This document shows positions 25,901 through 38,728 of a stretch of 64,000 nt of DNA, piece after piece; positions within the stretch are counted from its first letter, which is position 1; every line of letters starts with the position of its first letter. The notes below the pieces were generated by a model that made no database searches, was not told where the DNA came from, and worked only from the letters and a program-made list of their open reading frames with translations. Where the stretch lies: positions 80,726,001-80,790,000 of the forward strand of contig CM052817.1 of NCBI GenBank assembly GCA_028534125.1, written 5' to 3'. A program made the position numbers and the translations under genes. This DNA is from Lama glama. Taxonomy: Eukaryota.

Positions 25901-28040
25901 TCTCTAATTCAAGATCTATTTGCTCTTAAAATTTAGCTAACAACTTTCATTTTGTAGACAATCTCTGAAACCCTAGTCTATTCTGAACAATCTAGCGTTT
26001 GGATTATAGGTTATTTTGGGTTCTGGCAGTGCCTCATCTCCCTTGCCTGTGCTTGCTTGGTTCACCTAAATTATACACCTTGAAGGGACAGAATTCATAT
26101 CTTTTGTGGTGTATGTGTTGGGAATAAGAAAATCTCTTGCTAAAGACTTGTTAATGTGATTCCTGGTGGAAATATCTAGGATATAAATATATCTTGGGAG
26201 GAAAATAGCCTGGCTTAAACTTATCTTTTACATTTTTTCCCCTGATAGGGAATCAGACTCTGCTTCTCAGCAATTTCTTAGTGTTTCATAACTGAGATGA
26301 ATTATGTTCATATGGAATTTCCAATTTGGGGTTTTAAAAAAAATGTTAGCTTGCACGAAATCAGTTTATAGAATTACATCTTACTTCCCCACCTTACGTC
26401 TTAATCACAACCACAGTATAAATAATCCACTGCTTCAAAACCTCCATTCACTCTTACATTTTATTCTTATTGACCTTGGCTTATGAAATTTGGATGGAAG
26501 AAATCATTAAATAGGAAAGGAATATTTGAACTTTGATTCCGTGTTTCAAAGTCTTGACTGAGACCTCAGCCACATGGAAGCATGATGTTAGTATATGCCT
26601 ATTTTGGGGAAAGCACTAGTTTAAAATACAAAGGAATTGTACTGTATGATAACTTATTCTAAGAAACTTTATTTTCTGTCCTTAAGTATCATCTCGTGAA
26701 TATGTGGGCAATAGAAAATTTTTGTTTTCTGTAGCCTTATGAAATTTTAGCATCAAAATCATTTAAAAAAATTCACCTGGTCTCAGGTGTCATTAGAAAC
26801 TACCTTTGTGCCAGATGAACTGAAAAATTTGGCCCCAGATACAGTGGGGAATTATGGCCAAGTTTAGGCCAACTTGGTTATTTCTTTATTTTCAGTGGAA
26901 AGAACATAAAATTCGATGGATTCTTGCTCTCTGACCTAAAACCAACTAAAATTCAACAATTTGGTTATTTAATTTTTTGAGGTTTTATACGTTTTTTTAG
27001 CTATAAAATGTGAACCCAGGTCAGGAGTCTTATACTGAGGCCTCAATTTTAGCAATGAAAATATTTATAAACTAAAAGAAAATATGAGAATTCTACAAAA
27101 ACTTGGTGACTGACCAGAAAACTTTAAATCTTAAACAACCAACTCAGAACATTTGTGAGAAGTGAGCATTTCATGAAATTTGCTCTCATTTTTTCTCTTT
27201 TTCCCGTAGTTCTAGCTGTAGACTTCTGCACGGGGTCTTCTATGCTGTGCTGCATTTTCTTGACAGGTTCTGTAGAGGAACTTCTCTTAATATTTTCCTT
27301 TGCCTTCAATGTATGGCCCTTCAATTCCAATCGCTCATTTTATTTTTTCAAAGCTCTTCTTTCATGGAGAACTTACCAGAATTTCTTAGAGGACTGAGTC
27401 ATAGGACACAGTGAATGAACCCAGTAACAGTGCACTCTGAAGTTCTCCTCCCCGTTAACTTGTGAACACTGTTGTGACCACTGTCATTGCACAAGGACAC
27501 AGCTGAGTGATGTGCCCCCACTGAAGGATGAGTTTCTCGTGTTTCGTGGAGATATGTCCTGAGAGGTGAGGAGGTGGCCTCTGCCCCTCACCTTGTCTAG
27601 ACATGGTCTGGAGGCTCACAGTCACTTCCAATGCGTCTTCTCTCTGTTCTTCCCAGAAGTGTGCTGAGCCCTTATCTAAATAAAACCACCCGAGGTCTGC
27701 CTGGGTGTATCCCCAAGGCCCCTAAAGATCCTTCACGTGTAGCTTTTCTTTCTTCCTTTTCCTTTCTTTTCTTCTGTTGTCTTCACCTTTCTTTTCTTCT
27801 CTCTTTACTCCTGTGAGTGAAAATTTCCATGCGCCAGAGCGACACTGTCCTCATCTTGAAGAGAGGATAGAGGGAGACGATGTCTGTCACTCTGTTATGA
27901 AACAATGCCCCGTTTTCTGATGAACTGGAGAAAAATATCATTTGAAGTATTTTCTATCTCCTATTTTCTGTTCCTTTAAGCCTTATCTCCCACTATGCTG
28001 TTTTATATACTTTATGGTCTAGTCAGATTAGACTCTTAGC

Positions 28041-28150
28041 TATTCATTCATTCTTTCATTGAAAAAATATTTGTGTTCTAGATTCCAAAGACGTATCAAT
28101 AAACAAAACAGACACGATCTGTGCTCTCAGGGACCTTGTTTCTGACGTGG
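28041..28150 (-). mobile_element. L2 3' end fragment
   Basis: attcattcattc...aaatatttg...aaacaaaacagacacgatctgtgctctcaggga. Confidence 0.7.
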
Positions 28151-28304
28151 ATATGGGCATCTCCAGGTTTGCACGTTTGCTCATCTCTGGCAGTGCCTTC
28201 TCACCTGTCTGCCCAATCTCAACTTTGTTCAGTATTCTTTCAACAAGTGCCTGTATTTCAAAGCTGAATTCAGACAGTCCTTAACCCATAAAGTGCCTTC
28301 AAAA

Positions 28305-29100
28305 GTAGACTTGCTGTTAACATTTGCAAGGCTTAGGACTGAAGTATGAATGAGAGTCACATACCATTTGTCTAAATATTTAAAAGATAAACCTAGCTAA
28401 AAACCCAGATAACGTCAAAACTGAAAAATGTGTAAGACTGTGGTGTTGCTAATATCCAAGATGACTAAATGTGCTATTATGCAGATCTGGGTATTCTCTA
28501 TTGATCAACTGACATTGTTCGGGTAAGTGATGAAATATAAACATAATTAATAAATTATTACGTGTTTATTTCTTAAATTTTTCTTGCCTTCATGTCAACA
28601 AAATCAGTAATGCTAAAATAAGATTTTCTAACCCTCGTTGTGTTATATTGGCAGTGTTCCCCACTTAAAAGCACTTCTTGCGTCACCATAGTGTCTAGAC
28701 TTCTGGATTTTTAACTTCTAATTTGGAGAATTCTATTGAGGCTATCATAGCTGGAACTGTCAATAAAATTCTTAAAGCAGTATTTGATTCTAAATGACCA
28801 TAAATTTTACACATCACATTGTACCATTCTAATAAAGTGACTTATGATAAAATATCCTCCCAGAAAATAGTTCCAAAGTATTTTAACTTCCTTGAATAAA
28901 ATGCTAGCAATAATCTATCTCTCTTATCATCTTTTGAAGCAATATCTAAATCCATATGGTAATATAAACAACCGGTATCACAGGTCAGGTATATTACTTC
29001 TAGACCTACATATACCAAAAGTTAAGAAAAATTTGAAGTGTTTGATATTGCAAACTGTTCCTCAGCTTCCATGTGCACTGGTGACAAATATGCTAGTTTA
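28305..29100 (-). mobile_element. hAT (Tip100/Arthur-like) DNA transposon with transposase C-terminal dimerisation-domain remnant
   Basis: Minus-strand translation of ~28784-28573 gives NTALRILLTVPAMIASIEFSKLEVKN, then after a frameshift TMVTQE...ITDFVDMKARKI*, matching the hATC pattern ALRILLT.P.T.AS.ERSFSKL..IKN.LRSTM.QE...I..FA..KAR. Left end cacataccatttgtctaaatatttaaaag is hAT-Tip100-like. Right boundary uncertain. Confidence 0.85.
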
Positions 29101-30244
29101 CTGAAATAGGACTGTGTCCAGATGCCACACCTGGATCATCTGGAGAAGAAAATGGGTGCTCAGCAACAGCTGGGGATAGAGCCTGCATTTTGCAAGAATC
29201 TATTGCATCCATGCTGAGAAGAACAAGACAAGTGGATGCATTTGCATCTTCTCTCACCTGGTGGATTCTGCTGCCCAGGTCTTCCCCACGTAACGAAGCA
29301 CTATACCTCTGAAGTCCACCGCAGCACACAGATGCACTTGTCTTTTGTCTTGGGGACAAACAGCAAGAGATTTGAAGAAATGATGATTTGAGCTGAAAGA
29401 GGTTTGACATAAGAGCCAACGTTAAAAAGTACAGGTTGGGCTGGACCTGCTCTGTCTGCTGGATCCCAGGTGACAGGGCATCGTGTATTCTTTTATAAAT
29501 TTAGTTCGTATGTTTATAATGAGCAGGGCTCCCTGCAGGTAGGTGTTCTTCTTACCCACGTGTAATACTTTCTAGAAGAAAGTGTTCTTTGGATAGGAGT
29601 AGTGTATAATTCTAAAATCTCTAAACACTTTGCCTTTTCCCCCCAAGGCCTGGAAAAATGTGATGAAAGCAGTAACAGTTTGCCCACATGTCATAACTCC
29701 TCGTAGAGGAAACAAGTTCTTTATGACCAATGAATTAAGCCTCATTTGTTTTTGAACCATCACCTGTGTCTAGCACAACAGATTCAAGATGGTACGACTC
29801 AAATTTATTTCAAAAAATATTGAATAGCTAAACTAAATAAGTAAAAGAAAAATACAACTAACTGTAATTCATAATCCTTGTGATTTTGTTTTGGTTTTGG
29901 TTTTGGTTAGGAGTACACCTTACATACATGTGACAGGGTAATTAACAAAACCAGTACCAGACCGAGGTCTGAGGCTGGAGAACACAGAGAATGATAGCGG
30001 TGTCACAGACTGAACTGTGGACTGTTCATTGCAGTGTGAGTGCAGGAGGGGTTATAGAAAGAAGAGTGGGAATCCATATAGTTTAAGGTCAAGTTGACAA
30101 ATATTCATGGAAAGAAAGGCTCAGAGGGAAATAAAAGATATAGGGTTAAAATGTAAGACAGATTGGGGTCAGTGAAAGACTTTTTTCCTGTGATTCAGGA
30201 GTTATAATGCTAACATTTGCCTTTGTGATGATGCTCAGTATGTA

Positions 30245-30472
30245 TCTATAAGTGTTCACCATGTGTCAAGCATTCTATTGAATGCTCTATACATACCAGC
30301 TTACTTATGTCTTAGTACTACAGGAGATTGTTATTACCATGAGCCTCTTCTTTGAAATAATATAAATGAGGCTTTGAGATGGTTACTTGCCAACATTTCA
30401 TTGCTGGTAAGTAACAGAATCAGGAAGTAAACCCAGGTGTGTCTGACTGCATAGCTTGCTCTTAATCACCAA
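30245..30472 (-). mobile_element. MIR SINE
   Basis: caccatgtgtcaagcatt...aaatgaggct...ttacttgcc...gctggtaagtaacagaatcagga...aacccaggtgtgtctgact. Confidence 0.85.
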
Positions 30473-30584
30473 GGGCTTTCGAAGCCAGGAGATTGGATTC
30501 CAGGCCCTTGGCAGAAGGGAAAGAGAAATAAGAGAAGAAATACCACAGGGAATGGGAGAAGGAAAGGAAGCTTTACTAATTAGT

Positions 30585-31680
30585 CCACTTAACTTCTTAG
30601 TGGAAGAAATCACACCTGAATAGATTTAAAAACAAGAGAGGCTTTTAATGGGAGGATAAGCTATGAAATAATTAGACAAGCAAGACTGAATAAAGGCCAC
30701 GATCTCCCATAACATTGGGCATCAGGGCCCAGAGCATGAAGCTTCGTTCTCTGTGCCTTAGCCGGGCTTCTCTCCACGGGCTGAGTTCATTCTTCTCTCT
30801 CTCTATAGAGTGGTTTTATCCATGTGGCTGGAATTCAGGTAGCCAAAGTTCCCAGAATTGTATAGTTTGTGATTTTAGCCAACAAAGGCACAATGACAAG
30901 GCTTTCTGAGACTCAAGTCCAGAAATTCAGGGCAAGGCTCTAACTGGCTCAGCCAAGGTTAATTGCTCTATCAGTTGGGAAACTTTTTGCTGTATGACAG
31001 AGAAAACCTAAATAACCCCTTATTGTATATTTTTCTCACATAACAGGAAATCTGGAGGGAGAGGGCTCGAGGGCTGGTTCAGCCCTGGATGATGTCAAGG
31101 GCGGACTATCTGGGATTTCTTCCCGCATTCCTCTCACCACAGCACAGTGGCCGCTATTACTCCAGTCTTCACGTCCTTACGGGCACCTGAAGCGGGAGGA
31201 AGGGGGCGGGAAAGAAGACTCTCCGTGTGACAGTCCCTGTTTGCCAGGAGGGAAAGGACTGCGCTTCAGCTTTAGTGGGGCCTCAACAAATGCAATCTGG
31301 GGATCTTCTTTCAGAAAAACAGAACAATATTAAAAATATAAACTTAGGCACAAGATCTTGGTTGGGGTCATCAGGAGAATGGAGCCCTAAGCTGAAGTTT
31401 CATTAGCTTCCAAGTAAATCAAGTCTCTCCTGCATTTCATCTCTTGTCTCCAAGGCTGAACTGAGTCACGTGCTCACTCCTGGCTGTGAGGAAAGCGAGT
31501 ATCTGGAACTTGCAGCAGCCGACTTTGGAGAGAGGTACCTAAGACTATGGAAGAAGGGGAGAGGAACGGCTGTTGAATGAGGACCAGCTGGTGTCCACAG
31601 ATGTCTGTCATTGGAATATTTATGCACAGCCAGAGGGGTAGAATCATACTGTAAAGTGTGGCTGTTTTTTTCAGTAACTA
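30585..31680 (-). mobile_element. Cluster of old MaLR LTR (MLT1J/K-like) fragments with an embedded hAT-like MITE at ~31255-31430
   Basis: tatcagtt...ttgctgtatgacaga...tttctcacataacaggaaatctggagg are old MLT1 motifs. ccctaagctgaagtttcattagcttccaagtaaatc resembles a hAT MITE terminus. Confidence 0.55.
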
Positions 31681-31690
31681 TGTGGATAGG

Positions 31691-32114
31691 TGTAGTGGGA
31701 TGAATATATCCCCCAATTTGTCTACCTTGCGTCTCAGAATATAACCTTCTTTGGAAATAGGGCCTTTGCAGATGTCATTAGTTAAGGACCTTGGGATGAA
31801 TTACAATGGATTTGGGGTGGGCCCCAAGTCTGATGACTGGTGTCCTTCTAGAAGAGGAGACAGACACACAGAGAAGAAGGCTGTGTGGCGATGGAGGCGG
31901 AGTCTGGAGTTACGTTGCCACAAGCCAAGGAGTGCTTGAATCACCAGAAGCTGAAAGAGGCCAGGGAGGATTATCCCCTAGAGCCTTCAGAGAGTACATG
32001 ACCCTGCTGACACCTTGGCTTCTGACCTTTAGCTTCTAGAATTACGAGAGAACACATTTCTCTTGTATTAAGCCACACAGCTTGTGGTTATGGCAGGCTT
32101 GGGAAACTAATACA
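31691..32114 (+). mobile_element. Full-length MaLR solo LTR (MLT1B/C-like)
   Basis: tgtagtgggatgaat...ttggaaatagggcctttgcagatgt...gccacaagccaagga...ccagaagctgaaagagg...ggaaactaataca. Confidence 0.95.
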
Positions 32115-32479
32115 GTGGTACAGAGGGTGGTTATCATGAGAAGGGGATGTGGCACTGGTGTTGATTGTAGAATTGGTCAAAGGAGTTTCCGAGCAGGCAG
32201 TCGCAGATACAGGATGAGAGCCAGGTTGGAGTATTGTGTTGACAGCGGGGCATAGGAATCTCAGTGCTAGGAAGAGCTAGTGTGAAGTCCAGGCAAGAGA
32301 GTAGAGATAATGACACAGGGGGACAGACACTCTCTCTTCCATCCAGATGAGCTTGTCCTTAAGCATGTCTGCTTCTTGCTGACTGTGTCCATAAATGCTC
32401 TACGTCAGAAATGTCCCTGTCCCCTCAGTCTTGCCTGACTCACTCACTTGCCTCATTCACTGCCATCGGTGTGGAGTGC

Positions 32480-32496
32480 TGTGTGTGTGTGTGTGT
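32480..32496. repeat. (TG)n microsatellite
   Basis: Read directly. Confidence 0.85.
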
Positions 32497-33668
32497 AGAG
32501 TGATATGTGTACAGTTGTCCATATCCATATTTAGACATTAAGTGATAGAGCAGCATCTCTGTCTGTGGTTTTCTTCTCTGGTAGAATATTCTTGAAGTTT
32601 TTTAAGAAGTGCTTAAGTGAGGTTGATGGCATGTAATGTCTATCTTGTGGATTATGAGGATAAGAAAAATGACTGATATTAAATCCTTGTTAAGTCTTCT
32701 GTATTTAAGTACAATGATTTAAAAATCTGTGATTTGGGAATGATGAGGTATTCCACATTTATTTACTTTAGACATAAAGGAAATCTGCTCTTCTGAACTA
32801 CCAAAATTTCTAATTTTCTGCTCTTTTGATATGAATATACCTTAAGTGTACTGTACACCTCCATGGATTCTTAGACATTCTGTCTCTTTTCCTGGATGAC
32901 TCAAGGTCCAGGTTATGAACATCCATTATTGTTCTGTGCTATATTGTGATGTTCTGGGACCCCTTTCCTAAAAGCCCTGGACTATCACATCGTGAACTGT
33001 TGTTCTGTTCTCTTGCTGTGAGCTGGCCAGCTGTGCTTCTGGTAGCTGCCAGCACACTTTCCTCTACTAGAACGGTGTCTTTCTTGAACGTGCTGTTTCT
33101 AATCCATCGTGGCCTGGGAATCCAAACAACACAGCTTGTTAGACTTGATCGTAATGTAAGAGTAAATGCCCCCAGGCAAGCATCTGTGTCCCTCCAGTGA
33201 GTTTCTTTGGGAATCTCTTCTTCGAGTTAGGTGCTACAAGTTTTAGTGCATGGATGGCCAGAGTAATATTTTCTTTGCTTCTGAACACTTGAATAGATCC
33301 AGCTGGCTCGTGAGGTGCTTGACAGCATCCAGCAAATTCTCAGTAGGAATTGTTTTTTCCCCTTTATGTTGCTTTCCATGCCCTAAGTTATTTTTAAGTA
33401 TTATATGTGTGTTTTTGTTTCATTTTAGGATATCAATGGGATAATGTTAGCTGTAGAAATAATTCCTTACTTTTAAAACCTCCATCTTGGGGAGTTATGT
33501 CGGCCAAACTTTGGAGAATGATAATGTGTGGTTTATTTTGGGCTAGTTAAGGGTCCATGTTGTTAATGACTGACACACAGCCACCATATGTGTCAAAGCC
33601 GGGGTTAACCAGAAAGGAAAAACTGTATGAGAATAACCTGACTTTGCCAAGAGGTAATATTTTAGACA

Positions 33669-33849
33669 TGCAACCAGTCCTCCATAACCATGATTTCCAC
33701 ATCTGCAGAGCCAACCAAGAGAACCTGTGGACACAGAGGTGTGCTGTGCTGCACCGTTGCACATAAGGCACCTGAGCATCCACGGATTCCTTTACCCATG
33801 GAGGTCCGGAACCAACGCCCCACAGACACTGACGGGCAGCTGGACTGTA
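33669..33849 (-). mobile_element. MER2-like Tigger (TcMar) non-autonomous DNA transposon
   Basis: Reverse complement tacagtc...ctgtggggcgttggttccggacc...atccgtggatgctcaggtgccttat matches the MER2 5' end. Confidence 0.8.
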
Positions 33850-34679
33850 GGTGACAGTAGCAGGAGTCGCAGGAGAAGAGCCAGTGTTTCCTAGGATGTC
33901 ATACTCTTCATGAGTCGTGTTGCCAGAGGTCTTTGAATCTTGAGATGACGTTTAAGTTAAAATGACAAGAGTAGGAATTTTGAGGTCAGACTCAATAGTG
34001 TTTGGATAACAGTCATTTGATTTAAGAAAAGAGAGTCTTTAAGTGGACCCCATTCCTCTTAGGACTTTTTCCAACCATCCTACGCTTCTCAGCAGCATTA
34101 CACACAGACTCTTGCTGTGAGAGAGTAAATGGTGAGGGGCATAGAACACTTATAAAAGTGGCAAGAGCCAAGTGTAAATAGTCACAGCCTTTAAAAATAA
34201 TGCAGGTTTCAGAAAACGAGTGCCTCTATAAATCACTGGAAAACTGGATGGTGATTCTAACTGCAGATGGACTTTTAAACAAGTGGGTGAGTTTGTTGCT
34301 GCTTCCCTACTCCCAATTGGATACTAAAAAAAAAAAAAAAAAGCCTCTTTCTCAATTTCCTGTTCTCAGGCCTTATTAAAATCATTCTGCTGCCCTGACC
34401 CCCGCCTCTGTTTCTTTCTTCTTTTCACATCTGTGTTTGCGTGGGGAGGATGTTACCCACAGTTCCCGGCCGTGAAGAATGCATGAAAGTCATGAGGAAG
34501 AGAGATGGTGACCCTGCTTCAGCGTGTGCGAGATGAGTGATGTGGAGAGAGAGAGAGGGAGATGGGGAGAGGGGGAGAGGGGGCAAGCAGTGGTGCAGGG
34601 TTATGAGTTGTACAGTTATTTCTAGCTTTGAATTGTGTCCAAATCTCATACATTCACAGACAGCCTCGCCAAAGCCCAC

Positions 34680-35110
34680 AGCTGTCATGCATTTTCAACA
34701 GATTCCACAGGGCCTAGATGAGGTTTGAAGGCATTCCTTTGCTCTTACACATTAGCTAAAAGGAATTACCGTAACATCTGATATTGTGGAAGTGGGATAT
34801 CTGCCATCCTGACCTTGCCCAAAGCGGTCCGGAAATAGGGGTCCAAGAATGTATTATCTCATACGGCCTCTCAAGGTCACCAGGGGCCCCTCGGTGGCGT
34901 TCCAACAAAACCCCGGCACCCAACACCCTCTGCATTTGGAGAAACTGTGCTGCTTTGTAAGGACCCAGTGGGCAGACACGTGTTCCCATTGCTATTTGGA
35001 TGTTTGTCATCGGAAAGGCATGTTCCACTGGAGACATTCCCAGCTGTCAGTAATGTGCTGATACACCGCAGCCAATCACTGGAGGACGAGCCAAATAAAC
35101 AGGATGTTCA
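34680..35110. promoter_or_regulatory. Candidate enhancer or alternative promoter (TEAD, ERR/NR5A, E-box/MEIS, CCAAT, FOX motifs)
   Basis: GCATTCC 34731, TGACCTTG 34810, TCAAGGTCA 34871, ACATTCC-CAGCTGTCAG 35034-35050, GCCAATCA 35071, AAATAAACA 35093. Repeat-free with retained CpGs. Confidence 0.45.
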
Positions 35111-35774
35111 CAGTGTGTGTGATTGCATGAGTGTGTAGCAAAACTTCTGCCCATTTCACAGCCTCATGATGGGATTGACATGCATTGCTTAATCTGCGTC
35201 TGTCTGTTTAGGGTAGAAACACATAAACACCATGGAAACAACGTGTTAGAAAGTCCTTTCTTTGGCTATATGGGCTGTTGATACGATGGGACGAAATCTG
35301 TATAAATTGGGAATGAGCGTAGCTTTAATGTCACGAGTTTCCTTGCTGGGAAGTGCCTTCAAGTCCTCCAAACAGAGAGGAAGTGATCAGATCATCAGTG
35401 GCTACTGTGAGCTGGCGAAGGCGGCTGGGTCTAGAGGGCTGTTTTTACATACCACTGGAGTCGCTGTCATTCTTTGTGTGAGACATTCATTAGTTGAGTT
35501 ATTTATATCAATGTAAAGAAACAAGTCAAAGTTATGTCATTGCCCTTTTTTTGTTTGGAAATGCTGCTACTGCTAACTGTTGGTGTCTAAACATTTTCCT
35601 GAAGCAGCAATTTGGGGAGGAGGTGTGTGTCGGGGGGGTTCCTTCAACATTCACATGCAGGGTAGGTTCTTTGAAAAATAACGTTAAGTATCCTGTTAGG
35701 TGTCAGACTTCTTACTCCCCTGGGTATGCAAGTCTCTTTTGCCCAAGTTGGTACATTTATTCACGATAATGACG

Positions 35775-36020
35775 GTAGCTGAACATTTATTGCAGATTTC
35801 CTATTTGCCAATACTGGGCTAAGTCTTTAACATAAGTGAACTCTTTTAATTCTCACAAAATGCATATAATGTTGATATTATTATAATTCTTCTTCTAAAG
35901 ATAAGGAAATTGGGGTTCATGGAAGCTAGTAGGCTTGCCTAAGCAGATAGGGCTAGTAAGAGAGCGAGCTTGACGCCAGGTCTCAGTATCCACTGAGCCC
36001 TGAATGTATCCACTCCTCTG
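35775..36020 (-). mobile_element. MIR SINE
   Basis: aacatttattg...tttaattctcacaa...agataaggaaattgggg...cttgcctaag...gctagtaag. Confidence 0.85.
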
Positions 36021-36469
36021 TGTTACTGTCGTGTGTCTCTGCTCTGTGTAAAATCTGATTCGTTCCAGCCTCTGACGTTACGCTCCATCGAAACATGACT
36101 TCTTGTATCTTCTTGAACAAGCTTCCATCAAGTACCTAGATAATTGTGGTGTTTAGGGTCTATTCATTTAGAACACTTCACCAACCCAGCAGGTTGAAGA
36201 TTGAGAACCACGCCATGAAGCCATTTTTTTTCAGTTTTGATGTTTTCGTTATGGTTGTTACACGTGCTTTTCAAACTTACTGCCCAAGATGCACTGATTT
36301 AAGCCAAAATCAAGTGTCAAGATTCCATCTTCTAAAAATGTTGACACTTTCAATAGTTTTTATGTGATAAACATAGTGGGGAAAAAAAAGAAAGAGTTCT
36401 AAATGCACAAAATATGTGGGCTGCTTTTGGTTTATGAAATTTTTAAAGACTTGTACTGTGATACCTGGC

Positions 36470-36690
36470 AGGAGGCAGTACTACATAGTGGTTAGGGCAC
36501 AGGCTCTGGCGTTTCATTACTTCCTATCTCTGTGACCTTGGGGAATTTAATTGATGTCTCTGTGCCCATTTTTTCCCTCATCTGTGCAGTAGGGTGTAGA
36601 GAAATAATACCTGTCCCCTAGGATTGCTGTTGGGATGTAATGAGAGAATACCTGTAAAACGTGTGCCCTGTAACGGGTATTCAGTAGTAT
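36470..36690 (+). mobile_element. MIR SINE
   Basis: gaggcagta...tagtggttagggcacaggctctgg...tgtgaccttgggga...ctcatctgt...taggattgctgt. Confidence 0.85.
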
Positions 36691-36699
36691 GCACTGAAG

Positions 36700-36920
36700 T
36701 GCCTTTTGGCACTTTCCATCACCGATCTCTGTATTATTTTTCTCCTAGGTCCTCACTGCAGTCAGACACACTGGATTATATTTGTTAAGTGTTGCCTCCC
36801 TAAACTAGAACATAAGCTCTGTGAAACCAGATATGTTTTGTTCTCTGCTGTATCCTTATTACCTAGAAGAGCAGCTGATAGCACGCAGGTCTTCACAAAT
36901 ATCTGTTAAATAAATGAATA
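36700..36920 (+). mobile_element. L2 3' end
   Basis: ctagaacataagctctgtga...tgttctctgctgtatcc...acctagaa...caaatatctgttaaataaatgaat. Confidence 0.85.
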
Positions 36921-37044
36921 TTAGTTATTATAATTACTACTATTATCGTCTGTTTCCGACTCAGATACGGTGCTTTAAAAAAATCCTCAAAATACTGTTG
37001 AGGTCTGCAGAGTTACCAAGAGGCTTACGATTTATTTGATTTGT

Positions 37045-37240
37045 GAGCATAGAATGTAATAGCTTATAGAAACATCAGAGCATCTTGAGTTTAACCTCTT
37101 CAAATTATAAAATAAGAGAACTTAAAATACCTTGAGGCCAGCGATATTAAGTGATGTTCCCTCAGTCAGGAATTACCTGGTGGCGGATTAAGAACTGGCA
37201 TCAAGGTCTTTGACACTGATTGCAACAGTCTTTCTTCTGT
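37045..37240 (-). mobile_element. MIR (MIRc/MIR3-like)
   Basis: catagaatgt...gagcatcttgagtttaacctc...tgaggccagcgatattaagtga. Confidence 0.6.
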
Positions 37241-37642
37241 GTCCCACTGACTTCTAATTCGGGTACCAACATGGCTCCCGCCCCTCAGTGGACCAGTCCT
37301 CACCCGGTTCCTATTCATTGTTGTGTTTTACACCAGACTTCTCATCACTTCTGGTTGGCTGGCCATTGCTGTCTTGCAGGTCTGTTGCAGTGATGGAGTT
37401 TCTTATTTGGATGATAAAACGCACTTCTGTCACAAGTCATTTACAAGGTGCCGGGGAGAGCTGTGCCTGTCCAGGCCATTTAGTGAGAAGTTGTGCACCT
37501 TTCATCAGCTCTACTTGGAGCCCTTCCCGGGATTTTGAGATCTCCAGGATGTTTCATTTGGGGAGAATATCAGAATAAATAAAAGCTATAAAGGCTATTA
37601 CACTTCTGACTCCAGAGCTGTCTAGGGGGAAAAGACAGTATG

Positions 37643-37900
37643 AATTCATCCAACCAACATTTATTAAGTGATTACAATATGGTGAGCAATGTGTATGCAT
37701 GTAGATGGAGTTCACAAAAAATTTTAAGTTGCACCTTTTCCTGAAGTTTACGATCTGGCTGAAAAATAAATTATCCAAAATAAGTCCTGCAGTACATAAC
37801 ACAGTAGTTAGAAAATGAAAAGGGAAGATGAAAATAAAAATTTGAGGGAGCTTAGAGGAAGAATGAAAATCACTTTCAAGGGATGCATTGGGATGTTCAT
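37643..37900 (-). mobile_element. L2 fragment
   Basis: attcatccaaccaacatttattaagt...ccttttcctgaagtttacgatctgg. Confidence 0.6.
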
Positions 37901-38622
37901 GTAAAAGGCAGTATCTTAGCGAAACTACCATGGATCAGTAGTCTTCAAATTCCCTGCATCTTAGGTGAAATATATTTTAAAGTTGATTACTTAGGGTCTG
38001 TTTTAGTTTGTGACATTTTACATTCTCATGTATGCCACATAGTAGACATATATATGCAACATAGTGCAACCACCATAGCTTATTTCTCAAATAGAGGCTT
38101 TTATTGGAGGTATGATTATGTATTTTTTTTGCATAGCCACGATTATAAACATTTACTTGAGTTTATAAATGATAGTATGCTCCTAAAAGAAAAAAAAATT
38201 GTATCTTCCACATACATGTGTCCAACATTTGGAATCTCTATATGTAGCTAAAAATTAAACAGATCCTTTTTGAACATTGCTGATTTGATTCACATAACTG
38301 ATTATGGTTAAAACACAAAAGATTTGTAAACCAAAGTCCGTTATGATATAGTATGGAGTAGTAAAAAATCCAGGAGCTGAACCCATGACTTTTATACTGA
38401 AAGTCCCAGAAAACATTTGCTATTGCCTCCACAGACCTTTTCCCCCCTTGGGGGTGTATCTTTCTACTTAAAATAGTCTACTGCATTTATTTTAATAGTG
38501 GATCTCTTTCCTGATCCTTGCTTTCAAAAGTAAATATAATGCTGGTTAAATAAGTATGTTTAGTTTTGTTAAATATTTTACAGTGCATTCAGTACTACAT
38601 GGTAACTAGAAAATTGAAAGTT

Positions 38623-38728
38623 CTTCTTTTATTGAGGTATAATTGATATATGACATTCTCTTAGTTTCAGGTATAAAACATAGTGATTCTATATCTGTAT
38701 ATATTGCAAACTGATCACCACACTACTC
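38623..38728 (-). mobile_element. Very short LINE-1 3' end with TSD
   Basis: ttttattgaggtataattga...ttagtttcaggtata...catagtgattc...atattgcaaactgatcaccaca, flanked by ttgaaagtt at 38614-38622 and 38729-38737. Confidence 0.85.

Noticed and set aside
33543..33783. Three overlapping ORFs, including PPYVSKPGLTRKEKLYENNLTLPR
   Set aside because: The 3' half lies in a MER2-like element, the acceptor is weak and the peptide is unrecognised.
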